DNA of 64,000 bases from an uncultured Ruminococcus sp. GTDB taxonomy: Bacteria; Bacillota; Clostridia; Oscillospirales; Ruminococcaceae. Of the stretch, positions 1-8,624 are shown one piece after another. The stretch spans positions 102,117 to 166,116 of the forward strand of contig CAMBLM010000005.1 of the NCBI GenBank assembly GCA_945868475.1. Direction: 5' to 3'. The notes below the pieces were generated by a model. The model was not told the origin of the DNA. It saw only the letters and a program-made list of their open reading frames with translations, and made no database searches. The position numbers and the translations under genes were made by a program. The stretch's first letter is position 1; every line of letters starts with the position of its first letter.

Positions 1-683
1 ATAACGGGTATGCCCTGAGCAAGATAATCATACAGAACATCCGGGTCAGACCCCGAGAGGTTTATGACGTCATATCCGCCGCCGTGATCGTCAAGATACT
101 TGTTCGCCGCCTTGACAATAGCATTGGAAAAACAGCCGTAACCGCGCGAGAACGGGTCGCCGATGAAGTAGTCAAAAAAGCTGTCCTTGTATAAAAGATC
201 GTCCTTATACTGCGCATTTCCACCCTTCGGAAGATAGTTTTTCGCAAGGTCAACTTTATCGGCATCAAAGCCGAGATAGCGGAGATAGATGGTCAGCGCG
301 GTTATCTCACAGCCGACGGGAAGTTCGGGATTTTGCAGCACTGATTCCATATCGATATAGACCGAATTCCGGTCATAATCCTTGCGCTTGCGGCTCGTTA
401 TGACCGTTCGGCTCGTTTCCGTTTCACCGTCGGCGTTCGTTTCGATCGGAACGGTCGTGACCTCGGGTGCGTCCGTAACGTCCTCGATATCGAAAACATA
501 AGTGGTTTCTTCGGTGACGGGTTCGGTCGGGGAAGTTATTGTTTCGCAGACCTCCGTCATAGCCTGTACGGGCTGCGGAGTTTCATCGACCTTTTTTGCA
601 TTTCTCACAACGATTATTATGACCGAAGCAATAGCCGCAGCAAGCACAATGCAGACAGCCGCGATTGCAAGCCTTATTATCAT
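1..683 (-). CDS. Membrane-anchored peptidase C39-like domain protein (partial; 3' end runs off the window)
   Basis: Absent from the ORF track because it has no stop in the window. My translation from the ATG at 683-681 gives MIIRLAIAAVCIVLAAAIASVIIIVV (TM anchor), then NPELPVGCEITALTIYLRYLGFD and GCFSNAIVKAANKYL. This resembles C39_2/BtrH-type cysteine peptidase domains. Confidence 0.55.
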   Translation of the reverse strand, partial: MIIRLAIAAVCIVLAAAIASVIIIVVRNAKKVDETPQPVQAMTEVCETITSPTEPVTEETTYVFDIEDVTDAPEVTTVPIETNADGETETSRTVITSRKRKDYDRNSVYIDMESVLQNPELPVGCEITALTIYLRYLGFDADKVDLAKNYLPKGGNAQYKDDLLYKDSFFDYFIGDPFSRGYGCFSNAIVKAANKYLDDHGGGYDVINLSGSDPDVLYDYLAQGIPV

Positions 684-706
684 TTTATCCAAAATAAGAT
701 ACCTCT

Positions 707-3700
707 TTATTTGAAAAACTTGAAACTGTCGAAGTTAAAGTCCGTACCGGGCATAAATACAAAGCTGAGCTGAGTTTTGCCGCTTATTTTATCGATATCA
801 AAGGTCTGAGCGGTGTACTCGGAGGACTGTTTGAAGTTTACGAGCGTTGTTTTCTGAATTCCGTCAGCGTTGTAGCGAAGCTGAACAGCGTTTATTTCGT
901 TGGGAGTGCTGCCGACTATCCCGACCTTTGAAGCACCGTCCGCAAAATCAAGCTCGCCGAAGTCGATAACAACGTTGTTTCCGATGTTTATGACCCTGCT
1001 GCCGCTGACCTCGAATTCATCACCGTAAATATTCTCATAAGAGCCTGCGGAAATGCCGCCGAACGGGTCATTCGCGCCCGAAAATGCGAAACCGCCGAAA
1101 ATATTGTTGTCGCTGAATACGAAGTAAAGGTCGGTCGTGCCGATGACAGGCTTTGAAAGCGTGAATTTATGCGGCGAAGGCTTGTCCCAGCCGTTGTTGT
1201 GGGGAAACATGAGCGTTTCTATATGCTCGCCGCCGTTATCGGGGTCGCCTGAGTAAAGCTCAACGGGAATTTCACGGTTGTTGCAGTTTCCGATGCAAAG
1301 TGTGAGTGAATCCGAGCCGTTTTTGCCGAATTCGACCGAAGCAAAGCCGACAGCAGTTCTGCCGCCGAAGCCGCCGACTGCACCGTGTTCCATAATTGTG
1401 ACAGGCTTGCTTGAATACTTGTAAATGCAGGCAGGAACGTCCTTGTATGGGTCGATAGAAGCCTGTCCAAGTCCGGTTATCTCAAACGGCAGGTCGGAGA
1501 TGACCTGCGGATACTGCGAGCCGTTGTTTCCGTAGATGCGGAGCGTGAATTTGCCGTCACCCTTTGCTGTAACTTTAATAGTGTTGCCGTCCGCAACCTC
1601 CGCCTCGGCGTAGTTCACGGGAACACTGCTCTCGCTGACAGCCTTGCAGCTGATGTCGGAGAAGCTTGCGTTTTCGGGGTAAATTTTATATTTAACGAGT
1701 GCGGTTTTTTTGTTCCCGTCAAGCTTGTTTCCGTCAGCGTATTCGGCTGAAATTTTTCTCATAGGTATAAGTTCACCATTTACATTTTCATCGTGCGTGA
1801 CCTGCGGAACAAGCTTCTCGCAGCGGATATCGGAGCTGCCCTTTACGGCTATCTTCACCTCTGCGCTTTCAAGTCCGTTTGAGGTGACTTTTACCGCGAT
1901 CTCACCCTCGGTGTTGTCCGAAGAAATTATCGCAAGCAGCTTGCCGCTGAAAAGTCGGCGTGTGTCTGTTCTGTACTGCTCATAGTCGGTCGAATCGCCG
2001 TTGTCAAGACCCATGAGTCTGCCGCTTCCGTTCACTTCGACCCTGACATAGTTTCGTGCGTTTGCGGCGAAAGTTCCGTTCCCGTCAACAGCGGATATCT
2101 CGATGAAAGCGAGGTCACGTCCGCCCGAAAGTATCTCCGTTCTGTCAGCGGAAAGTCTTATAGCTGCTGCATTTCCGAAGCTTCGCTGGATATCTTCCGC
2201 GATAACATTTCCGTTTTCGTCATAAGCAACGGCTTTGAGTTCGCCCTTTTCATAAGGAACGCTCCAAGCGAAGTGGAGAGTGTCGCCGTGCCTGTGGTCG
2301 ATAGTCTGTTTTCCGAGCGACTTTCCGTTGAGGAAAAGCTCTGCATTGTCGGCGGTCGAATACGCGATAACGTCGATGATCTGACCGTCATTGAAATCCC
2401 AGTAGGGGAGGAGATGTATCATCGGCTTGTCCGTCCAGACGGACTGATAGAAATAGTATGCGTCCTTTGGGAAGCAGGCGGTGTCGGTCATTCCGAAGAA
2501 GCTGTTCTTGCTGCTGTAAGGCGTGGGTTCGCCTATGTAGTCGATGCCCGTCCATACGAACTGACCTGCGCAGAATTTCCTGTCACGGTCTTCTATCCAA
2601 GCCTTTTCGGCAGGCTTTCCCCATACAACACAGCTGTTTCCGAGCGAGGAACACTGATTGTCATCGTGCGTGAGCAGCGGCTTTGAAGCAGGAAAATGAT
2701 AAATGCCTCGGCTGCGTACCTCGGACGAGGTTTCGCTGCCGTAGATAACGACATTCGGGTATTTTTTATGATGTGCGTCATAGCAGCGTTCGGTGTAGTT
2801 GTAGCCCGAGTTAACGAGAAATTCGCCTATCTTCTGAGCGTTTTCCCATTCAATATAGTTTGAGCCGATGGTGACCTCGGCGTGTTTGTTCGGGTCGAAT
2901 TCACGGACATAGCCTGCGAGCATTTTGGCAATTTCAAGACCATGTTCTGAAGCGTGAGTGTCATAAATTTCATTGCCGATGCTCCACATTATAACGCAGG
3001 GGTGATTGCGGTCACGCTTTACCCAACTTTCAACATCGGCGTGAGCGGTTTCCTTGAAGAAACGTGCGTTGTCGAATTCGGTCTTGGGCAGCTCCCACAT
3101 ATCGAAGCTTTCGCAGTTCACGAGCAGACCTATCCTGTCGCAAATTTCAAGCAGCTCCCTTGCAGGCATATTATGCGAAGTGCGGACAGCGTTCGCACCC
3201 ATTTCTTTCATAAGCATAAGCTGGCGTTCAACAGCACGGCGGTTCACAGCCGCACCGAGCGCACCCAGATCATGATGAAGACAAACGCCTTTTAGCTTCA
3301 TATATTTTCCGTTGAGGAAGAAACCCTCATCGGGGTCAAATTTTATGCTGCGGAAGCCGAAGTCCGTTTCATACGAATCAAGTACCTCGCCGCCCTTGAC
3401 AAGGTTTGCACGGAGAGTATAGACAACCGGAGAATCAAGCTCCCAAAGCCTGAAATTCGGAACGGTAAGATCCGCGCTTTCCGACTTGGCGGCAATGTTT
3501 CCGTCCGTATCATAAACAGTATATGTAACGCCGTCATATTCGCCGACAGCTTCTGTATCAACATGAACAGAGCCGTTTTCGGCGTTTGCGGTAACATAAA
3601 CGCCGTTCCAAAGAATGTGCGTTTTATTTGTTGCGGTGAGGTAAACACTGCGGTAGATCCCTGCGCCCGAATACCACCTCGAATTCGGCGCAGCATAGCG

Positions 3701-4057
3701 AACCTGAACCATTACAGTATTTTTGCCGTCAACGAGCAGGTCGGTGATATCGAACGAGAATGACGAGTAGCCATAGTGCCGGTCGCCTGCCTTTTTGCCG
3801 TTGACATAGACAGTGCTGTCCATATAAACGCCGTCAAAATCGATGCTGAAGGCTTTGTCGGCTTTGTTTACGGAAAAGGTCTTGCGATACCAGCCCTCGC
3901 CGCTCTTGTAGAGGTTGTTCGTGTCATAGATAAGCCAGTCGTGCGGAATTTCAACGGGCTTGAAGCTGCTGTTTACGGCATTTTCATAGCCTGCGCCGTT
4001 TTCGAGGAGAGCAAACTCCCAACCGTTGTCGAAGTTTGTTGTTCTGTTTATGTTCAT
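707..4057 (-). CDS. Glycoside hydrolase family 2 beta-galactosidase with long C-terminal Ig-like/carbohydrate-binding region; no signal peptide
   Basis: 1116-aa ORF with a GH2 N-terminal sugar-binding pattern (NFDNGWEF, IPHDWLIYD) and the catalytic-region motif NHPCVIMWSIGNEI. Confidence 0.9.
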   Translation of the reverse strand: MNINRTTNFDNGWEFALLENGAGYENAVNSSFKPVEIPHDWLIYDTNNLYKSGEGWYRKTFSVNKADKAFSIDFDGVYMDSTVYVNGKKAGDRHYGYSSFSFDITDLLVDGKNTVMVQVRYAAPNSRWYSGAGIYRSVYLTATNKTHILWNGVYVTANAENGSVHVDTEAVGEYDGVTYTVYDTDGNIAAKSESADLTVPNFRLWELDSPVVYTLRANLVKGGEVLDSYETDFGFRSIKFDPDEGFFLNGKYMKLKGVCLHHDLGALGAAVNRRAVERQLMLMKEMGANAVRTSHNMPARELLEICDRIGLLVNCESFDMWELPKTEFDNARFFKETAHADVESWVKRDRNHPCVIMWSIGNEIYDTHASEHGLEIAKMLAGYVREFDPNKHAEVTIGSNYIEWENAQKIGEFLVNSGYNYTERCYDAHHKKYPNVVIYGSETSSEVRSRGIYHFPASKPLLTHDDNQCSSLGNSCVVWGKPAEKAWIEDRDRKFCAGQFVWTGIDYIGEPTPYSSKNSFFGMTDTACFPKDAYYFYQSVWTDKPMIHLLPYWDFNDGQIIDVIAYSTADNAELFLNGKSLGKQTIDHRHGDTLHFAWSVPYEKGELKAVAYDENGNVIAEDIQRSFGNAAAIRLSADRTEILSGGRDLAFIEISAVDGNGTFAANARNYVRVEVNGSGRLMGLDNGDSTDYEQYRTDTRRLFSGKLLAIISSDNTEGEIAVKVTSNGLESAEVKIAVKGSSDIRCEKLVPQVTHDENVNGELIPMRKISAEYADGNKLDGNKKTALVKYKIYPENASFSDISCKAVSESSVPVNYAEAEVADGNTIKVTAKGDGKFTLRIYGNNGSQYPQVISDLPFEITGLGQASIDPYKDVPACIYKYSSKPVTIMEHGAVGGFGGRTAVGFASVEFGKNGSDSLTLCIGNCNNREIPVELYSGDPDNGGEHIETLMFPHNNGWDKPSPHKFTLSKPVIGTTDLYFVFSDNNIFGGFAFSGANDPFGGISAGSYENIYGDEFEVSGSRVINIGNNVVIDFGELDFADGASKVGIVGSTPNEINAVQLRYNADGIQKTTLVNFKQSSEYTAQTFDIDKISGKTQLSFVFMPGTDFNFDSFKFFK

Positions 4058-4085
4058 GTAACGATCCCTTTCGCAAAATTCAATA

Positions 4086-4282
4086 GGGAACCTCTAAAAA
4101 CCTCCCTCACGGCAAATTTTCTACGACTTTGCGCATCTTCCGCGTTAGCGAAACTTGAAATACATTCGGAATGTATTCCGTAGTATTATACTGCGTTTCG
4201 CTGCCTTGAAGCTGCGCAAAGTCCTAACGAAAATTTGCGAATAATACGAAGTATTATTTTGTTTCGGCTTTTAGAGAACCCC
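4086..4282. mobile_element. Family-B MITE-like hairpin element, copy B1
   Basis: About 90% identical to the copy at 9609-9787. Ends are GGGAACCTCTAAAAACC ... GGCTTTTAGAGAACCCC, and the interior is a long imperfect palindrome. It lies in the divergent lacZ-like/spoIIAA intergenic region. Confidence 0.75.
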
Positions 4283-4297
4283 AATTATTATAATTAT

Positions 4298-4331
4298 AAT
4301 ACATTTATGGCTTTCATAAATGTATTTTTTG
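4298..4331 (+). promoter_or_regulatory. Perfect 12-bp-stem palindrome followed by a T-run; operator or terminator-like, function unknown
   Basis: AATACATTTATG-gcttt-CATAAATGTATT followed by TTTTT, located between element B1 and spoIIAA. Confidence 0.35.
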
Positions 4332-4439
4332 TTAAAAGTGACAACTTTTTGGCGTTGTAACCACTATTGACAAATTTTTACAGATAAAAAGGTTAAAATA
4401 ACATAGAGATTTAAATATTATGCAAGGAGGATAAAATTT

Positions 4440-4751
4440 ATGCCTGTAAAAATTGAAATAGATGAGGGCGAGAGGAAGCTGACAGCTCATATAATGGGCG
4501 ATATCGACCACCACAGTGCCTCGGAGATACGCGAGGAGATCGATTTTGAAGCAGAACGGCTTCGTCCCGAACTGATGATACTTGATTTTTCCGAGGTCAC
4601 GTTTATGGACAGCTCGGGGATAGGTCTTGTTATGGGAAGATACAAAGCGGCGAAAGCCTACGGCGGAAAAATAACCGTTTCCGGTGCTTCTTCGCAGATA
4701 AAAAAGGTAATGAAGCTTGCGGGTCTTGAACGGCTCGCATCGATAGAATGA
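4440..4751 (+). CDS. spoIIAA: Anti-sigma F factor antagonist SpoIIAA (STAS domain)
   Basis: 103 aa with the STAS pattern FMDSSGIGLVMG. It is the first gene of a spoIIAA-spoIIAB-sigF arrangement and has an AGGAGG RBS. Confidence 0.9.
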   Translation: MPVKIEIDEGERKLTAHIMGDIDHHSASEIREEIDFEAERLRPELMILDFSEVTFMDSSGIGLVMGRYKAAKAYGGKITVSGASSQIKKVMKLAGLERLASIE

Positions 4752-4768
4752 GAAAGGAATGAGAAAAA

Positions 4769-5212
4769 ATGTCGGTAGTTAATGAACTTAAAATATCTTT
4801 TCCGTCAAAAAGCTGTAACGAGAGCATCGCAAGAATGTGCGTTGCCGCCTTTGTCGCAAGCGAAGACCCTACCGTGAGCGAGCTTGCCGAGATAAAGACA
4901 GCTGTTTCCGAAGCTGTCACCAACAGTATTGTCCACGGTTACAGGGGAACGCTCGGAACGGTCAGTATTCACGCGCGTTTTTTTGATGATGGTTTGCTCA
5001 CGATAAAGGTTTCGGACAAAGGCTGCGGTATCCCTGATGTTGAAAAGGCGAGAGAGCCGCTCTATACCTCTGCGCCCGAAGAGGAACGCTCGGGACTCGG
5101 TTTTTCGGTAATGGAAAGCTTTACGGACAAGCTGAAGGTCAGAAGCACCGTCGGAAAGGGAACGACCGTAACGCTCCAGCGCAGGCTCGGTGTACATAAT
5201 ACTAATTTTTAA
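4769..5212 (+). CDS. spoIIAB: Anti-sigma F factor / serine kinase SpoIIAB
   Basis: 147 aa with GHKL-type motifs (EAVTNSIVHGY, DKGCGI, GLGFSVM). Position in the operon fits. The last 4 codons and the stop lie inside the family-A repeat. Confidence 0.9.
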   Translation: MSVVNELKISFPSKSCNESIARMCVAAFVASEDPTVSELAEIKTAVSEAVTNSIVHGYRGTLGTVSIHARFFDDGLLTIKVSDKGCGIPDVEKAREPLYTSAPEEERSGLGFSVMESFTDKLKVRSTVGKGTTVTLQRRLGVHNTNF

Positions 5213-5513
5213 TCAAAGTGTAGACAAAAAATCGGCGCAAAATCCATATAAAGGTCACCTCTAAAAACCACCGGCTAAAGCCTTAGCACCTCATCTGCTT
5301 GCAGATTTTCCGTCATCTTGCACATAAATTTCTTGACATACGACATGTATGCAAATTCTTGCTTTGCAATAACTGCGAAATTTCTATACAATCTGACGAA
5401 AAATCTGACTGCGCATCTGAGGCACTATGGTTTTTAGGTGACCTAAAGCTATTTTCAATAGCTGCAAGATTTTGCTTGATTTTTTGTACACTTTCAGTTT
5501 AAAAATTAGAATA
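5197..5513. mobile_element. Family-A palindromic element (A2 subtype) interrupted by a nested family-B element
   Basis: The left arm (5197-5252) and the outer ~45 nt of the right arm (about 5470-5513) match the copy at 48957-49060 almost base for base. The loop-proximal segment 5448-5469 instead resembles the central mini-hairpin of the copy at 37093-37214. The central loop is split by 5253-5443. Confidence 0.8.
5253..5443. mobile_element. Family-B MITE-like element, copy B3, nested in family A
   Basis: Terminal inverted repeats GGTCACCTCTAAAAACC / GGTTTTTAGGTGACC. It is flanked by a direct TAAA duplication (5249-5252 and 5444-5447). Confidence 0.75.
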
Positions 5514-5542
5514 ACGAAAACTGATCGCCGAAAGGACAGAAT

Positions 5543-6208
5543 ATGAACGGGACTGAAACCGATAAGTTTACAGAAGAAAACCTCGGACTGGTGCGGCTCT
5601 GCGCAAACCGATTCCGAGGAAAAGGGATAGAATATGACGACCTCTACAGTACGGGCTGTATAGGTCTGATAAAGGCTGTCAACGGCTTCGACAGCAGCAG
5701 GGGAGTGAAGTTCTCGACCTATGCCGTCCCCGTTATACTCGGCGAGATAAAACGGCTTTTCCGTGACGGCGGAACAGTCAAGGTCAGCCGAGGCGTAAAA
5801 GAGCTTTCGCTGAAAATAACACGCATCAAGGAGGACTTCGGGCAGAAATACGGCAGAGAACCGCAGATATCCGAGCTTGCCGAGCTTACGGGCGAAAGCG
5901 AGGAAAACATCATCGAAGCCGTCTGCGCCGCCCGTCCCGTGCTTTCGCTGACAGCGGACGACGATGGATCCGACGGCGGACAGATCGATATCGCCGTTGA
6001 AGCGCACGATGAGGAAATGGCTGAAACACTCTCGCTCCACGCCGCTCTGCGGACACTGCCCGAAAAGGATCAGCTGCTTATCTATTACCGCTATTATAAA
6101 GATCTTACGCAAACGCAGACCGCCGAAAAGCTTGGTATGACGCAGGTGCAGGTTTCACGGCGTGAAAAGAAGCTGCTGCTCTCACTGAGAAGCTTTCTGG
6201 ACGGATAA
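5543..6208 (+). CDS. sigF: Sporulation sigma factor SigF
   Basis: 221 aa with sigma-70 region 2 (YDDLYSTGCIGLIKAVNGFD, FSTYAVPVILGEIKR) and a region 4 HTH (TQTQTAEKLGMTQVQVSRREKK). It is the third gene of the spoIIA operon. Confidence 0.9.
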   Translation: MNGTETDKFTEENLGLVRLCANRFRGKGIEYDDLYSTGCIGLIKAVNGFDSSRGVKFSTYAVPVILGEIKRLFRDGGTVKVSRGVKELSLKITRIKEDFGQKYGREPQISELAELTGESEENIIEAVCAARPVLSLTADDDGSDGGQIDIAVEAHDEEMAETLSLHAALRTLPEKDQLLIYYRYYKDLTQTQTAEKLGMTQVQVSRREKKLLLSLRSFLDG

Positions 6209-6388
6209 ATAACATTTGTCTGACCGTTGCGAAGCTGAACTAAGTTTAAGTTGATTCTGCAAGAATGTCACTTCAACGCTGTATGAACAGCTTTGTGATA
6301 TGTCAGCAAAAAAGCGGTCTTCGGTAGGCGATCCTATATCCGCCCGTTTTCGTACAACGCAGCTATGATAGTCTGCACACCAAAAGGG

Positions 6389-6979
6389 TTACACATTTTT
6401 CGCTGTAGATAAAATAATTTCCCCACCCGAGATTTTCAGCATAATATCATTGCCGCTTTGGTAAGCTTCGGTCATACACCCCTTTGAGCAGGCTGCAAGA
6501 TGTTCGGCACGGACGATGAGAACCTCGTTTTCAGCAAGGGTACGCTTTATAATGCCGCCCCGAAGCTGAACGAAAACAGTTCCCGAGCCTGACGCTTCGC
6601 AAAGTTCAAAGCGTTTTTCGCCGAATGTTTTGGACATATACGAAGTCAGCTTTGCACCGCCCGAGGCTGCGAAAAATGCTATCGGAGCGAGCAGGATAGG
6701 AGTGTTATCCGAAACCTCAACGGGATATATCGTGCAGGGGGAAACATCGGGAATGAGAGTTATCTCCGCATTGTCGGCGCAGGAGGTGTATTTCCGTGAG
6801 AAAAGTCTGTCTGCGGAAAGACCGTTCTTCAGCGCATCGATGATGTTGTCCGCCGAGCTTATCTCGCAGATATTCTGTGAGAACCAGCTGTCCGTGCCGA
6901 CTTTGGCACTGAGAAGTTCATTTTTATTAAGGAAAACTGTGAGGATGGGAGAATTATCTCCCTCAATCTTATAGTTCAT
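6389..6979 (-). CDS. AIM24/TIGR00266-like protein (divergent paralog)
   Basis: 196 aa with the same N-terminal pattern (M.YKI.G...P......L) and overall layout as the upstream 225-aa gene. Confidence 0.65.
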   Translation of the reverse strand: MNYKIEGDNSPILTVFLNKNELLSAKVGTDSWFSQNICEISSADNIIDALKNGLSADRLFSRKYTSCADNAEITLIPDVSPCTIYPVEVSDNTPILLAPIAFFAASGGAKLTSYMSKTFGEKRFELCEASGSGTVFVQLRGGIIKRTLAENEVLIVRAEHLAACSKGCMTEAYQSGNDIMLKISGGEIILSTAKNV

Positions 6980-7054
6980 TTTAAGATGTTTCCTTTCCTA
7001 TAAATGCAAAAAGAGCCGCCGAAAAAGCAGCTCTTTTGAAGTGATCTATGTACC

Positions 7055-7732
7055 TTAGTTCTTTGAAGCAAGAAGCGGCTGGAGCGAACTTGCGAGTGAT
7101 GTCAAAGGCATTGTCTGGAGCCAGATCTTGCCCGGACCCGTTACCTTTGTGTTGAAAAGTCCCTCGCCGCCGAAGAGCGCGTTTCCGATGCCGCCTGTGG
7201 ACTGGATATCCATTGAGCAGGAAGAATCCATTGCAACAAGGTAGCCCGTGTCGATAAGAAGCGACTGACCTGCGGCAAGCTCATATTCAACGGCTGTGCC
7301 GTCAACTTCGATGAAAACCGTGCCTGTACCCTCATACTTCTGCATGATGAAGCCTTCGCCGCCGAAGAAGCCTGCACCGAGCTTTTTCTGGAAAAATACG
7401 CTCACATTGATGCCAAGTGTGGAAGCGAGGTAAGCGGACTTCTGCGCAACAACAGCCTTGCCGGGCTGAACTTCCATTGCAATGATGTTTCCGGGGACGG
7501 AAGCTGCGAGTGAGATCTCACCTGCGCCGCCCTCTGCGGTGTACTTGTTCTTGAAAAGTGCTTCGCCGCTGACTGCTCTGGAAAGAAGCTGGCCCATGCC
7601 GCCTGTTTTGGTTTCCATTTTCATTGTTGGTGTCATCCAGGACATTGCGCCTTTCTGACATTCAATGCTCTCACCGTTTTCGAGAGAAAATGTTACATAA
7701 GGGAATGGTGCTCCGTCGATCTTGTACTGCAT
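7055..7732 (-). CDS. AIM24 family (TIGR00266/DUF124) protein
   Basis: 225 aa with the characteristic GFFGGEGFIMQK and LFGGEGLF glycine-rich motifs. Confidence 0.8.
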   Translation of the reverse strand: MQYKIDGAPFPYVTFSLENGESIECQKGAMSWMTPTMKMETKTGGMGQLLSRAVSGEALFKNKYTAEGGAGEISLAASVPGNIIAMEVQPGKAVVAQKSAYLASTLGINVSVFFQKKLGAGFFGGEGFIMQKYEGTGTVFIEVDGTAVEYELAAGQSLLIDTGYLVAMDSSCSMDIQSTGGIGNALFGGEGLFNTKVTGPGKIWLQTMPLTSLASSLQPLLASKN

Positions 7733-8033
7733 TTTTCTTTCTCCTCCAATAATAAAATAATTTGAAATACTAATAGTAAATAAAAAGCGTAATATCTTTT
7801 AAATTTCTGTTAAAAAAATATTGTATTTTTATTATACACATTACTGATTTAAATGTCAATACATTTTTGAATTTTTTCGACATTTTTTTGTGTAAATATC
7901 CATAAATGATTGAAAGACATTGATTTTTCCGAACAAAAGTAGTATCATAATAATATGAGATTAAGGAAAAAGAAGGTTTTCGGAGTTTTGACCGCAGACC
8001 TTCAATAATGTATATTAGGAAAGGATAATAATT

Positions 8034-8453
8034 ATGACATACGAACAGATCGTTGCAAAGGCAAAGGAAATCATGGCTGCAAAGTCCGCTGACGGCGTTA
8101 AGGATCATCTTGCTGCCGAAATACATATCACAGGCGAGGGCGAAGGTGCTTTCTACGTTGAAGTAAACGAAGGAAAGATCGCTGTTGAACCCTATGAATA
8201 CTACGACAGAGATTTCATTCTCACAGCGACCGCCGATGACCTCCTTGCAGTAGTTGAAGGCAAGCTTGACGCTGTTCTTGCTTACACAACAGGCAAGATC
8301 AAGATCGATGGAAGTGTTGATAAGGCTCTTGAATTCCAGAAAGTCTGCAAGAGCAAAAAGGCTGCTCCGAAGGCAGCTGAAAAGCCTGCAGCTAAGCCTG
8401 CTGCCAAGCCTGAATCCAACCATGCAGTACGCAAAAAGGGCAAGAGAAAGTAA
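8034..8453 (+). CDS. SCP2 sterol-binding-domain protein with Lys/Ala/Pro-rich C-terminal tail
   Basis: 139 aa with an SCP2-like core (GAFYVEV..GKI.VEPYEY.D.D, AYTTGKIKIDGSVDKALEF). The tail reads KKAAPKAAEKPAAKPAAKPES...KKGKRK. Confidence 0.7.
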   Translation: MTYEQIVAKAKEIMAAKSADGVKDHLAAEIHITGEGEGAFYVEVNEGKIAVEPYEYYDRDFILTATADDLLAVVEGKLDAVLAYTTGKIKIDGSVDKALEFQKVCKSKKAAPKAAEKPAAKPAAKPESNHAVRKKGKRK

Positions 8454-8475
8454 TTTTTGCATGATATTTTTTAAC

Positions 8476-8516
8476 AAAAAGCAGCTTTGCAAGATTTCCT
8501 GCAAAGCTGCTTTTTC
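8476..8516 (+). terminator. Intrinsic terminator after the SCP2 gene
   Basis: AAAAAGCAGCTTTGCA-loop-TGCAAAGCTGCTTTTT. Confidence 0.75.
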
Positions 8517-8624
8517 ATTGTTTATATACTTTGTGTTATTAAATTCGACATAAAATTATGCTATTATTCTCATTGTATAGAACGCCGTTAAGCGTTAAAA
8601 AATAATCGAAAGGACGATCAAAAA

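Noticed and set aside
4367-4440. Sigma-H-type promoter for the spoIIA operon (AAAGGTTAAAATAACATAGAGATTT) or a sigma-A TTGACA at 4367.
   Set aside because: The -10 regions do not match either consensus well enough (no GAAT, no TATAAT at correct spacing). The promoter is left unassigned.
5364-5392. TTGCAA-17-TACAAT inside nested element B3 as a definite sigF promoter.
   Set aside because: It is a good hexamer match but arises within an A/T-rich mobile element, and B1 and B2 lack an equivalent. It is reported only as a possibility within the nested-insertion finding.
7770-8504. A 244-aa ORF on the minus strand spanning the AT-rich intergenic region and the SCP2 gene.
   Set aside because: The translation is low-complexity and Phe/Leu/Cys/Ile/Tyr-rich through an AT-rich promoter region, and it overlaps a well-formed gene on the other strand. 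It is spurious.
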